Shown: one piece after another, positions 38,286-48,059 of the stretch
Position numbering within the stretch: position 1 is the first letter of the stretch
How the letters are laid out: each line of letters starts with the position of its first letter
Assembly (NCBI GenBank): GCA_965219455.1
Contig: OZ244744.1
Location: 3,264,001 to 3,328,000, forward strand
Source of the DNA: Candidatus Latescibacterota bacterium
GTDB taxonomy: Bacteria; Latescibacterota; UBA2968; GCA-2709665
DNA: 64,000 nucleotides
Reading direction: 5' to 3'
Made by a program: the position numbers and the translations under genes
Notes under the pieces: generated by a model
What the model was told of the DNA's origin: nothing
Database searches by the model: none
What the model saw: only the letters and a program-made list of their open reading frames with translations

Positions 38286-40097
38286 TCAGGTCGCGGTCTC
38301 CATTCGAAGGGTACGCGGCGTTTCAGCGAACAGATCCAGGGACACGGCCCGCTGGCGCCGCCCCTCCAGTACAACCTCGCTGATGTCCATGGTCTCGCCC
38401 GTCCCGGCAACGCGGACCCCGGTAACGCGATCGGGCAGCAACAGCGTGAGTTCATGGAGGTCTCCAGGGGAGACCAACGTCAGAAAAACGGCCTGGCCAT
38501 CTTCCCACAGTTCCGTGAGCCGCACGTCCGCCCGGGCCCTGGAGAACCGCGACCACCGCTCCTGGTTCTCGAACCGGCATCCCGCCGACCGGGCGCCCTC
38601 GAGACCTATTTCCAGCGCCAAGCGGGACGCCCGTGGATGGTCCTGGGGCATGGCGACGTAGCTCGGGTGGAAATTGGCGATCTGGCAGCCGTGCCAGCGC
38701 CGCGCCGCGTCTTCGGCGAACCGGGTGAGTTCCTCGCCGTACGCCTCCGCCGAGAGGCCCACCCTGCCCGTCGATTTGGGATCCGCGGGATCCCGTTCCC
38801 CAAGCGTCTGACTCTCGTCCCACTGCGCCGGCATATGCCACAGGTCGAGAACGCCCACGCCGTGCTGGAAGTAGCGGAGGGGCAGGGCGGTGGAGATCAT
38901 ATAAGGCCCGTAGCGCTCATCGTGGCGCATGCGTGGATCGTGCGAGATGAAATGGGTGGGTGTATACCAGCCCAGGTCGACCACCATCTCCGCCATCGGA
39001 TGTCCTGACCACTGGCATCCGTGGATGCAAATCGTGTCCATATCCAGGCCGGTGTCGCGTACAAAGCTGTCACGATGCGCCTCGAGGTTGGCGCGAATAT
39101 CGGGCAGTGCGTTTTCGTTCAGGTCCTCCGCGGTGCGTGACCGCCTGAGCATCTTGCCCGAGTGCTCGACGGTGGGCCGGGTGACGTCGTCCAGGCTCGC
39201 TTCTATGGTGATGCCGTGTCCGCGTTCGTGCCAATCTCTCATGAGGCCCCCGCTGTACTGGCTCACGGGCGGCCTGTTGAAGGTCAGATAGGCGCCGTAT
39301 TCCTCCACGACTTCCACCTCAACGTCGGCACCGGACTCTCCGCATCCGTCCCCTTTCACGAACCAGAGCGCCGGGGCGCCGTCCGGAAAGTGCCACAGTC
39401 GTGGAAGAACGGTATCGGAGAGCGCGGACAGGACAAGCGTCCGGAGACTATCCTGGTGAAGGTCGCATACCGGCACGTCCCGGGGCAGCTTGTCGGAAAG
39501 GTCGAAGAAACCGTAAATATGCCGGGGCCCCGTGAGCGGGCCCATATCCTTCGCCGGCCTTTCGCGCACGTCTCCCGTGCCGTGACGCAGCGTGGCGACG
39601 GTTCGGCAGAGGTCATATCCGTAGATCCAGGCCGTACCTTCACCCAGACGGGTGGATACGATTCCCGATCCGCATCGCTCGCCGTCAACCGTCCGCAGCG
39701 CCGCCACTTCCTGTCCCCCATGAAGGGGACGCGCGGTATCGTCGGGACAAAGTAGCGGCACCTCCCCGTGCTCCCAGCCATAAAGGGATTCTACAGAAAG
39801 GTGAGCGTCGGGAACAGCGATGGAGACAGCGACGTCGAACGCGGCCGCGAGGGCCGGGTCAGGCGCCGTCGCGATCAGCGACACACCCTCGGAAACAGCC
39901 CCTGCCAGCCGCTCGGCGGTGTTTCGGCTGACGCCCGAGCCAGCCAGAATCACCACGCTCACGCCTGGCGATATACCGCTGAACGCGTTGGCCGGCCGCT
40001 CTTCAAGCCAGGGAAATCCCTCGCACCGGAGCACCTCGGCGCAGAGGCCTTCCGACGGATCGCCGCCCGTGCGCAGAATCAGTATCGGCTGTTCCAT
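38286..40097 (-). CDS. Hypothetical protein with polysaccharide-deacetylase-like barrel
   Basis: LPRLWHFP...KGDG, WHERGHGITI, IANFHP pattern typical of NodB-like barrels. Confidence 0.45.
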   Translation of the reverse strand: MEQPILILRTGGDPSEGLCAEVLRCEGFPWLEERPANAFSGISPGVSVVILAGSGVSRNTAERLAGAVSEGVSLIATAPDPALAAAFDVAVSIAVPDAHLSVESLYGWEHGEVPLLCPDDTARPLHGGQEVAALRTVDGERCGSGIVSTRLGEGTAWIYGYDLCRTVATLRHGTGDVRERPAKDMGPLTGPRHIYGFFDLSDKLPRDVPVCDLHQDSLRTLVLSALSDTVLPRLWHFPDGAPALWFVKGDGCGESGADVEVEVVEEYGAYLTFNRPPVSQYSGGLMRDWHERGHGITIEASLDDVTRPTVEHSGKMLRRSRTAEDLNENALPDIRANLEAHRDSFVRDTGLDMDTICIHGCQWSGHPMAEMVVDLGWYTPTHFISHDPRMRHDERYGPYMISTALPLRYFQHGVGVLDLWHMPAQWDESQTLGERDPADPKSTGRVGLSAEAYGEELTRFAEDAARRWHGCQIANFHPSYVAMPQDHPRASRLALEIGLEGARSAGCRFENQERWSRFSRARADVRLTELWEDGQAVFLTLVSPGDLHELTLLLPDRVTGVRVAGTGETMDISEVVLEGRRQRAVSLDLFAETPRTLRMETAT

Positions 40098-40240
40098 GCA
40101 GGTACCTTTTTTGCAGGAGGAAATGAACGCAGGCGACCTTTGCCCACTCGCAGCCCAATCACGTGATTGCGCGTGTCACTTTGTGCAGATCGGGAGTGGG
40201 TTGCGCATCGAACGTAATTCAAAGCACGAGAAACTTCCAC

Positions 40241-40272
40241 TTGACGTATAGTATCATTATTGATATTATAAT
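40241..40272 (+). promoter_or_regulatory. hicAB promoter (leaderless) with operator
   Basis: TTGACG, 17 nt, TATTAT, with ATG 5 nt later. Imperfect inverted repeat TATAGTATCA-ttat-TGATATTATA. Confidence 0.6.
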
Positions 40273-40274
40273 TC

Positions 40275-40523
40275 ATGACAAGCACAGCGGAAATTCTTAA
40301 AGCGCTCCGCAACAACCCCGCGGGAGCCCGGTTCGCCGACCTCGTGAAAATCTGCGACGCCTATTTCGGGGAACCGCGCCAGAAGGGCACCAGTCATCGG
40401 GTTTACCGAACGCCGTGGCCAGGCGATCCACGCGTGAACATACAGAATGACAAGGGCATGGCGAAGCCATATCAGGTCCGCCAGGTGATCAAGGCAATCG
40501 AAAAATTGGAGGCGACAGAATGA
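40275..40523 (+). CDS. hicA: HicA toxin
   Basis: RFADL.K.C..YFGEPRQKGTSH..YRTPW.GDPRVNIQ...G.AKPYQVRQV. Confidence 0.9.
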   Translation: MTSTAEILKALRNNPAGARFADLVKICDAYFGEPRQKGTSHRVYRTPWPGDPRVNIQNDKGMAKPYQVRQVIKAIEKLEATE

Positions 40524-40876
40524 ATGACCATTACACCTACCGCATCACGTGGTCCGCCGAAGACAACGAACATGTGGGTCTTTGCGCAGAATTCCCATCG
40601 CTGAGCTGGCTGGCGCCGTCACCCGACGAGGCACTGTCCGGCATTCAGCGGCTGGTACGCGAGTGTGTATGGGACATGCGCGCCGCCGGCGAACCCGTAC
40701 CTGCGCCATTGGCTGACCGTACGTATAGCGGGAAATTCTTAGTGCGTCTACCGCCTGAATCGCATCGTGCCCTGGTTATCGAAGCGGCGGAACAGGGCGT
40801 GAGCCTGAACCGGCTCGTAAGTGCGCGGCTATCAGTGCGCCTGCGACCTGAGCCGCTCCCTGAGCGCTCGCCCTGA
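40520..40876 (+). CDS. hicB: HicB antitoxin
   Basis: YTYR.TWS.ED..HVGLCAEFPSLSW, YSGKFLVR.PPE.HR.L..EAAEQGVSLN. ATGA overlap with hicA. Confidence 0.92.
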   Translation: MNDHYTYRITWSAEDNEHVGLCAEFPSLSWLAPSPDEALSGIQRLVRECVWDMRAAGEPVPAPLADRTYSGKFLVRLPPESHRALVIEAAEQGVSLNRLVSARLSVRLRPEPLPERSP

Positions 40877-40949
40877 GCCTGTCGAAGGGTGTCGAAGGGT
40901 CGGCGAAAGGCGTTTAAGCGCGCTAAACAGGACAATCCAGTCCCGTGCC

Positions 40950-42824
40950 TCAAATCCTGTCGATTCCCCAGAGGTGCCCCAGCAGGTAGTTATTGATATT
41001 CCCTCGTTGCCCTCCGATGCCGCCCAGGTGATAGGCGCCGTCCACGGGATTCGCTTCGATGTAGCTTGCAATCGCGTCCCGTTCCCGGACCAGCCGCTTC
41101 AAGTGGTCCTGATCCCGCGTCCGGTGGTACGATTCCGCGGTCCGTCTGGCGCCCATCAGCCGGCCCCCATATTCAACCTGGGCGGCCAGGACATTCAGTC
41201 GGCCCTGGACGTCATCGGACGTCTCCGCGTCGTATGCCTCACGGATCAGGTCTTTGCCTCTGGCGATCAACTCGGGCGAAAGGAATGCGCCCAGGCCCTT
41301 CGACATGGGTTCGTGTTCCACGACCGCCCGCTCGAACGCCTCGTGCAGCGTTTGTACGGGTTCGGCCGCGGGGCCGAACATTTTCCGGAAATAGTCCTTC
41401 TGAAGTCCGTCGAAATCCACGTCGACGTCCCACATCGTCCGGGCTTGCACGACGTGGTTCAGACCATAGAATCCCCACAGCGTCCCCTCGCCCTGGAATT
41501 CGGCGCCCACAAACCCGTGCCGGTGCAGCCACCTGATATCGCTGTGAAACCTCTGCCCCGCCGAAAAGGGGGCATGGGCAAACGAACTGTGGGGGTTATA
41601 ACCGTAATAGGCCAGCGGCGTACCCGTGGCGGCCCATCCCTCCACGGCCCTCTGGAAGATAAAGTGGTTCCCCGCGGGATCTTCGAGGGGCCGGTTAAAC
41701 GACACGAACCCGTGCGGCGAACAGGCCAGCTTGACCATCACGTTCGGATGCACGGCAATCGTCGGCGGCGGAATCGTCTGATGGTGTCCCAGGATCATCA
41801 AGTTCCGGTCCGGCCAGCGCTCGCAGAACCGTTCCGCCACCCGGTTGGCGAAGTCCACCATACAATCGGTCCGGATGATCTGATCCTCGCCAAGAAATAC
41901 CAGAGATCCCTGGTTACACTTCGACAGGCAAGCCGGGCACCGGCAGTGGAACTGGCCATCCGCCTGGGAAATGCTCACGAAGCCCGCATCCGGGTTGCGT
42001 TCCATCGTCTCAAGGGCCTTCCGGACCACCAGGTCCAGGACATCGGGATTTGACCTGCAGATGTGTATCCCGTATTCGTTCGCCCTCCTCTCGAACAACT
42101 CGCCCTGTTCGTCGACGGCGAAGTATTCCGGGTGCGAATCCCAGTATTGGTCAGGCGGCACCATATAAGGCAGGGCGTGAGCGTGGTCCACGCACGCCAC
42201 GCCGCCGCGCCTGCCGAAGAAGGACGTGACGTCCGGATCGTCGAAGGGCCAGAAGCCGGCGTTCAGCCGGTTCTTCACGCCCCAGTCCAGCAACTGTTCC
42301 TGCCGGGGCGACGAAAAGGGCTGCCACAGTCCGGACTCGCCCAGTCCGACCATCGCCGAGAAGAGGCACCGGAGGAACCGGAACCGGAACGACGGGTTGA
42401 TCACCGCCGTCCCAACGGGAAGCGCCAGGTCCCCCGCGGCGGGCACGTGCTCATCCTCAGGGTTCGGGCCGTACCACCGGACACCCAACCGCTCGATCAG
42501 CTCATACGCCGCAAACAGCGTGCCCCGGTCGTTCGCGCCTGACAGCGCGACCCTTTCCGGCGATACGCACAGCACAAACCCGTCGTCCCGCACCTCATCC
42601 ACCGGCAGGTCGCAAGCCTCCTCCCTGGCTTTGGCCCCCACCAGGATCCTTACGGGCGCGTGGCTTTTCTTCCCCTGAAGCAGCTCGATGGGCGACCCGG
42701 CCAGCTTGCCCAGGTAGCGCGCCAATTCTTCCCCGGCCATCAATTCGGCGGGTTCGGGTTGCGCCGGCACCTCCACCGCGCATCGCGCGCGGCGGTTCGC
42801 AGCCAGAATGACCGATTTATCCAT
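40950..42824 (-). CDS. DUF4838 domain protein (GH67/GH20-like N-terminal domain)
   Basis: A.EELARYL, DDGF, RGTLFAAYELIERLGVRWY.P, PSFRFR, HPEYFA, CRC..C. Confidence 0.85.
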   Translation of the reverse strand: MDKSVILAANRRARCAVEVPAQPEPAELMAGEELARYLGKLAGSPIELLQGKKSHAPVRILVGAKAREEACDLPVDEVRDDGFVLCVSPERVALSGANDRGTLFAAYELIERLGVRWYGPNPEDEHVPAAGDLALPVGTAVINPSFRFRFLRCLFSAMVGLGESGLWQPFSSPRQEQLLDWGVKNRLNAGFWPFDDPDVTSFFGRRGGVACVDHAHALPYMVPPDQYWDSHPEYFAVDEQGELFERRANEYGIHICRSNPDVLDLVVRKALETMERNPDAGFVSISQADGQFHCRCPACLSKCNQGSLVFLGEDQIIRTDCMVDFANRVAERFCERWPDRNLMILGHHQTIPPPTIAVHPNVMVKLACSPHGFVSFNRPLEDPAGNHFIFQRAVEGWAATGTPLAYYGYNPHSSFAHAPFSAGQRFHSDIRWLHRHGFVGAEFQGEGTLWGFYGLNHVVQARTMWDVDVDFDGLQKDYFRKMFGPAAEPVQTLHEAFERAVVEHEPMSKGLGAFLSPELIARGKDLIREAYDAETSDDVQGRLNVLAAQVEYGGRLMGARRTAESYHRTRDQDHLKRLVRERDAIASYIEANPVDGAYHLGGIGGQRGNINNYLLGHLWGIDRI

Positions 42825-44094
42825 CTTCTACCTCGACTTCCCACGTGTAAGCCGCGGCGCCGTTGTCGTTCTCCACGCGGCAGGTGACCGAATGTCTGCC
42901 CGCCCTGTCTGCCTCAAACCGCAGCGACCTGCCGTTTCCGGGCATCGTCCTGCCGTCCGATGTCCACGAAAACCGGAGTCCGGGATCTTCAGCTTCGTCG
43001 ACAGGTAATTCGGCGCACCCGACGTGGCGATACACCCCGTCGCCGTCCCGCTGGCGCGAGCCGTCCGGGGCGATCCAACCGTCGTCCAGGTCCCGCGCGG
43101 AATAGTACATCAGGTATCTGCCCGGCAATTTCAATACGTGCGGGGTGGACGTGTACCTGCCGTCGAACGCATCCCTGCGCGAGTTCGGGGGAAACGTCGG
43201 CACGTCGTTCTGGTAGTACCAGGTGCTGCCGTCGCGGGTGCGCCCGAACGAAATGTCGAAGGCGCCGCCCGCCCGGTGACCGCCGAACCACATCGCCAGT
43301 TCGTCCCGATCGCGCACTACGAAAGGATACACGCACGAGCGATAGATCCCGCCGTACCGAACCGCGTCTCCCACCGTGTCCCAATGCAGACCGTCCTCGG
43401 ACCGGGCCGAAATGATGTTTTCGGTCATCTTCAGATCCGGGGTGTCCACAGACGGGGCGTTGACCCACATTCTGTACGTCCCATCATCCTGTTTCATCAC
43501 GCATGGACGCCGCCCAGTACGCAGCACCGGCTCCGGGTGGAACGTCCATGAAATCCCGTCGGGACTCTCGCCGTATCCCACCCGCTGGTTCAACCACGGA
43601 CTGCCCTCCCGGTCGCTCTCATCCACCGCCGTAAACCACATCTTGTATATCTTATCCTGTAGATCGTAAAGCACACAGGGCGACTGGAAACGCCAGCCCC
43701 AGGGAATCGCATGGTCGGTCACGATCGGATTGTCGGGATATGCCTCCCAGTTCAATCCATCACTCGACACGGCGTACCCGAGGTGGATGTACGAAGGACC
43801 GCGAGCGTGGTCGGAACTGCCCACGTACCACATCTTGTAGATGCCGTCCAGTCTCAGCACGCAGGGCATGTAGAGGAGCACGCGGCACCAGTCCTGACGG
43901 GTCGTCGCTGCCGACAGGATGGGCTCGGACTGACGCCGCCACACCTGCCCTGTCGGGAGGCATTGACAGGGCTCGACATCGAGACGCAGGTCCACAGCGC
44001 CTCCGGCCTTGACTGAAATCCGCGGACCGGTCGGATTGATCCCACAGATTCGGGGCAAATACCACTTCGGCCCTTCGAGAACACTCGCTGCCAC
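42817..44094 (-). CDS. Five-bladed beta-propeller (GH-like) with Ig/PKD-like flanks
   Basis: YKMWY..LGYAVSSDGLNW...NPIV blades. C-term FSW...HSVTCRV.N..G....TWEVEV. Confidence 0.7.
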   Translation of the reverse strand: MAASVLEGPKWYLPRICGINPTGPRISVKAGGAVDLRLDVEPCQCLPTGQVWRRQSEPILSAATTRQDWCRVLLYMPCVLRLDGIYKMWYVGSSDHARGPSYIHLGYAVSSDGLNWEAYPDNPIVTDHAIPWGWRFQSPCVLYDLQDKIYKMWFTAVDESDREGSPWLNQRVGYGESPDGISWTFHPEPVLRTGRRPCVMKQDDGTYRMWVNAPSVDTPDLKMTENIISARSEDGLHWDTVGDAVRYGGIYRSCVYPFVVRDRDELAMWFGGHRAGGAFDISFGRTRDGSTWYYQNDVPTFPPNSRRDAFDGRYTSTPHVLKLPGRYLMYYSARDLDDGWIAPDGSRQRDGDGVYRHVGCAELPVDEAEDPGLRFSWTSDGRTMPGNGRSLRFEADRAGRHSVTCRVENDNGAAAYTWEVEVEDG

Positions 44095-44112
44095 CCGTAT
44101 TACCTCCGTGTG

Positions 44113-45066
44113 CTATTCCCCGCGGGGTCGATATCTGGGCGTGAACGCCCGTCCATAGAACAGCGGCATAAGCTCATACGGTACGTGGTCGGTCCGCCCG
44201 AGTGACTCCATGCCGCCGAACTCGTAGTCTGAATGGACCAGCCGCGAGAGCATGATGAGCCGTTCCTTGTCCGTTTCGATGTTGATGGTTCGGTGCATGA
44301 GGGGCCCGTCGGCGAACAGCAGCGCAGACCCCCGCTTTGCCGTGGTCTGATGGAAGAACTCGGAATCCGGATGGTCCGTGATGTACTGCTTCAAATCGTC
44401 GTATGAGAGGTCGAGTCTGTGGCTCCCCGCAAAGATCCCGGTACCGCCGTCACCGGGCCCCACGTCCGTAAGGTAGAGAATCATGCCGAGGATCTGCGTA
44501 TGGAACCAGCCATTTTTTCGAACTGCCCGGTCCTTGTGCCGCGTCACCCCGCCGTGCCAGCCCAGAACGGGGGTTTCGGAACGCCGGTTGAAGCGGACGG
44601 CGACCTGGTGGAAGCGGAAGGTCCCGCCCAGCAGTTCGGTTGCGATCCCCAGGACGCGCGGCCTGGTCAGTACGGACAGGTAGATGGGGTCCAGCCCCAG
44701 CACGTTCTCGATCTCCAGACGTTCGACGTGAAGGCCGCCCGAAGCCGTCCTTCTCCGGTTCGCCCGCCAGATCGCCCCGTCCCTGAAGTCCTCGTATTTT
44801 TTGGGCGGCGGCGGCGGCGTGATCTCCTTGTCGCCTACTGCGTCCAGGATTTCCGCCTTCATCTTGTTGGCTGAAGCCTCTATGGACTGCAACTCCCGTT
44901 CGGTAAACAGATCCTCGACGATAGTGTACCCGAACAACTCGAACCGCATCCGCTGTTCCAGCGTCAGGGCCGGGTATGGATAGTCGGGTTCGGTCTGCGG
45001 GACGTCCGAGAACCCGAATCCGGGATTCGGCGCTGTATACTCGGTTTTTGTTGCTGTCTCCGCCAT
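44113..45066 (-). CDS. Phytanoyl-CoA dioxygenase (PhyH) family Fe/2OG enzyme with HxG motif
   Basis: LTLEQR.RFE.FGY, WHGG, YLTDVGPGDGGT...GSHR, MHRT, ER. Confidence 0.88.
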   Translation of the reverse strand: MAETATKTEYTAPNPGFGFSDVPQTEPDYPYPALTLEQRMRFELFGYTIVEDLFTERELQSIEASANKMKAEILDAVGDKEITPPPPPKKYEDFRDGAIWRANRRRTASGGLHVERLEIENVLGLDPIYLSVLTRPRVLGIATELLGGTFRFHQVAVRFNRRSETPVLGWHGGVTRHKDRAVRKNGWFHTQILGMILYLTDVGPGDGGTGIFAGSHRLDLSYDDLKQYITDHPDSEFFHQTTAKRGSALLFADGPLMHRTINIETDKERLIMLSRLVHSDYEFGGMESLGRTDHVPYELMPLFYGRAFTPRYRPRGE

Positions 45067-45126
45067 TTTTATGCACCTCCAGTGACATGACTCGTCAGGA
45101 AGTTAGGGGTATGAGCGTGCCCGTCC

Positions 45127-45954
45127 CTACGATCGGACCCAATGCCGGAACAGGGGTTTCACCTTTTCATGCATGGTATCATAGACTTCCAGCGGTACGG
45201 GCGGGACCTCGGGCGCATTCAACCCGGTTGCTTCCAACATCCGGGCCCGCTCTTCGGACCCGGGCATCAGGACATCGGTGGCGAGCCACCAGGGCGCGTA
45301 CCGGATCACAACCGACACACGCGGCGTGTCGGAGCGGTTGGGCGCCGTGGCGTGCCAGAGCCGGCTGTCCAGCATCAGCACGCTTCCCGCGTCGCCTTGC
45401 GCGTTGCACTCCCCGGGAATCGTGCCGAGCGGGTCGAATCCGTTCTCCCCGCTTGGATTGTTGTTCGAACGGTGGCTGCCGGGGAGAATGAGCGTTCCGC
45501 CGTTTTCCGCACTGAAGGGGGAGAGCATCCATAGCGTGGTGAGGTGCATCACCACATCGGGATAAGGCGCGGGTAGGTGCCCGGCGTTGTTCTGGTTGAA
45601 GGGCCAGTCGGCGTGCCACACGCCGCGCGGATTTTCCGGGAAATTCACCGTTGCGGTCGTGAAAGAGATCCGGGCGTGGTCGCCTAACATGCCCTTGACG
45701 ACACCCATGACCCGGGAATCCGCCACATAGGGCGCGAACGACTGCTCGCGGGCCACGAATCCGGAGACGTGCCCGATGCCTTTGTCATCGAGAGTTTCGG
45801 CATTCGCGTGCCGATGCACGGCATCCATAACGCGCGCGCTCACCGCCGCGACCCGGTCCTGGGGGACGACGTTCCTGACGACACACCAGCCGTTGACGCG
45901 CATCTGATTCAGTTCGCTCTTCATTTGATCGACCGCACATGCTCCTGAATCCAT
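45127..45954 (-). CDS. Phytanoyl-CoA dioxygenase (PhyH) family Fe/2OG enzyme (canonical HxD)
   Basis: WHADWP, ENGGT..LPGSH, DSRLWHA...N.SD.PR. Confidence 0.92.
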   Translation of the reverse strand: MDSGACAVDQMKSELNQMRVNGWCVVRNVVPQDRVAAVSARVMDAVHRHANAETLDDKGIGHVSGFVAREQSFAPYVADSRVMGVVKGMLGDHARISFTTATVNFPENPRGVWHADWPFNQNNAGHLPAPYPDVVMHLTTLWMLSPFSAENGGTLILPGSHRSNNNPSGENGFDPLGTIPGECNAQGDAGSVLMLDSRLWHATAPNRSDTPRVSVVIRYAPWWLATDVLMPGSEERARMLEATGLNAPEVPPVPLEVYDTMHEKVKPLFRHWVRS

Positions 45955-46006
45955 ATAGGTACCCTCTTCGATAAGTGTGACGGCACTCAAGCCGCCGCGC
46001 ACCCGC

Positions 46007-48019
46007 TCAGGGTTGCAGGATCCAGATCCCGCCCACTTTTCCGGTGATGCTGTCGATGACGATCCACATCCCCAGGCACACCGCCTCACCCAGGATAATT
46101 CCCATGAAAAACGGTCTGGTCATTCTGTAGAGATTGGCTCCTCCGAACCGCAGCACGAGCGCCTTGATTCCCCAGGCGAGAAACACGCTGAAAAAGTAAT
46201 TATGCGTAAAGGCGATCGTACTCACCGGCAGCGCCACCGGGTGCAGCGGCCACCACGGGAGGCGCGACCGGAGCGACATCAGAACGACGACAACGGCGGC
46301 CCCCAGCGCCGTGTAAAGAAATCCGGGGTAGAAGATCGGAGTCGGTGAGAGCAACCGGCGCCCGATGTATTCGTCGAACGGCAGCGCGCAATCGTTTACG
46401 TCCCTGAACCAGTAATCCAGGTTGCGGCCGCCGTGCTCGTATCCCAATTGAAGCGTCGTATAGCTTGCGGTGGCGAGGCCCGCCGCAAGCGCGGCGCCCA
46501 TCGCCAGGACCAGCCCCCGCTTGCGTCCGATCTCCCGTGCGAGTCTGAGTGCGCCCGAGGCCCGTGGCATCAGCGTATTCAGCCGGGTCATCGTCCAGGC
46601 GAAGCTGACGCCAAGAGATGTCAGCCCCGTTGGGCTGAACGCCGCGGAACCCACCGCGCACACCACGAACTCTGACGGGTTCAGCGGGGCGTAGGTCACC
46701 GAATAACCGGTCTCGCTCACGATTCGGGCGAGAACCAGAAAGACGACAAAACAGAAAAAGCCCAGCAGCAGGACGAGATGGGGAGAGATGCCCGCCTGGT
46801 AGAGCCAGCATCCGAGATACAGGGTCCCCGCAACGATCCCGGCCACCGCGGAGCGGTAGGGGATCACCTCGTCCGAATCGTCCAGGCGTGACGGGCGGCC
46901 CATCGCCCTGGCCCACACCTCGCGAAGGTGCGCCCTGGCGATCCACAGACTGTACCCCGCCAGGGCGAGCATATAGCCCATGCCCATCATCGCCAGGAAT
47001 TCGGATCCCTGGGAACTGTGCCGGCCCACCACCCCGGAAACGCCGTATGTTTCCGCCCCCACTATGGCCAGAATTCCGCTGACGCACTTGGCGATCACGT
47101 TGAACAGCCAGATGCTCAGACTCACGTCCGTATTCACGAAATACGAGTACCCAAGGATCGCGAAATGAAGGCCGATATGCAAGGGAATCGCGCGGCGGAA
47201 GATCCAGATCACCGTTCTCAGCGGAATCCGGGGCAGGGAGTAGTAGTACCTCTGAAGCCCGTTCAACAATCCGATCAGAAACGGAACCGCGAATCCCCCC
47301 CACATCATCCTGTTGCGGAACAGGGGCCCCACCTTTCGCGGGCCCGCCTCGCTCATCTCCAGCGGCACCTGCATGATGGGAAACGCAAACCGTTCGTGCT
47401 CTTCCCACTGCTTCCTCATCAGGACCGCCAGGCAGACGAGCACGATGTAGAGTACGACCAGGAACGACCCCCAACTCCACAGGGGAACCACCCACGTCCA
47501 CCAGGGCACCGGGTCGCCGGCGGGAAGACCGTCGTACAGCCCCGTTACCGCTTGCGTATCCAGGTTCGACAGCCAGGGAAGGGCATTGGGCAACACGGCT
47601 TCCAGGTGCCGCATTTCCGGCGAGGCATAGTAGGTGACGCCCGTCATAAAGCCCAGCAGGGCCTTGGTGATTTTCCACGACGGCATCAGAAACAGCAACA
47701 TGACGTAGATGGCCAACAACTCGCCCCGCCCCAGCGCATATCGGCGCTTCAGGGCCGCCGCCAGTGGGTTTACGGCCAGAACAAGGACGAAGAAAACGAA
47801 CAGCACGCCCCGGTCCATAAAGTAGCTGCCCATGAAGGGCCCCTGGACGACCATACGGTTGTGCGTCAGCGCGACACCAAGGAACACGCAGAGGAGGAGC
47901 CCGATCAGGAAAGCCCGCAACGTCAGACCGTCCCGTGAAGACGCGAGATGATTCTCCGAAGACGCGTGTTGTTGTGGGTCGGCCCGATTCCACAGGCTTC
48001 GGGCTTGAGAGCCTTCCAC
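46007..48019 (-). CDS. DUF6785/DUF6784 polytopic membrane protein (putative transporter)
   Basis: LT.RAFLIG, VPW..WV.PL..W, RKQW...ERFAFP, R...ETG, WWPLHP...W..K..VLRFGG...PFF.GIILG. Many TM helices. Confidence 0.85.
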   Translation of the reverse strand: MEGSQARSLWNRADPQQHASSENHLASSRDGLTLRAFLIGLLLCVFLGVALTHNRMVVQGPFMGSYFMDRGVLFVFFVLVLAVNPLAAALKRRYALGRGELLAIYVMLLFLMPSWKITKALLGFMTGVTYYASPEMRHLEAVLPNALPWLSNLDTQAVTGLYDGLPAGDPVPWWTWVVPLWSWGSFLVVLYIVLVCLAVLMRKQWEEHERFAFPIMQVPLEMSEAGPRKVGPLFRNRMMWGGFAVPFLIGLLNGLQRYYYSLPRIPLRTVIWIFRRAIPLHIGLHFAILGYSYFVNTDVSLSIWLFNVIAKCVSGILAIVGAETYGVSGVVGRHSSQGSEFLAMMGMGYMLALAGYSLWIARAHLREVWARAMGRPSRLDDSDEVIPYRSAVAGIVAGTLYLGCWLYQAGISPHLVLLLGFFCFVVFLVLARIVSETGYSVTYAPLNPSEFVVCAVGSAAFSPTGLTSLGVSFAWTMTRLNTLMPRASGALRLAREIGRKRGLVLAMGAALAAGLATASYTTLQLGYEHGGRNLDYWFRDVNDCALPFDEYIGRRLLSPTPIFYPGFLYTALGAAVVVVLMSLRSRLPWWPLHPVALPVSTIAFTHNYFFSVFLAWGIKALVLRFGGANLYRMTRPFFMGIILGEAVCLGMWIVIDSITGKVGGIWILQP

Positions 48020-48059
48020 TCGTTCTCCCCTTTTTCAACGGACTGTTATGGACGACATA

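Noticed and set aside
46200-48038. 612-aa alternative-frame ORF inside the DUF6785 gene (and similar long shadow ORFs such as 34051..35544, 54933..56351, 57884..59221, 60200..61573)
   Set aside because: Arg/Gly/Pro-rich with no motifs. Expected artefact of high GC3 codon usage overlapping well-supported genes.
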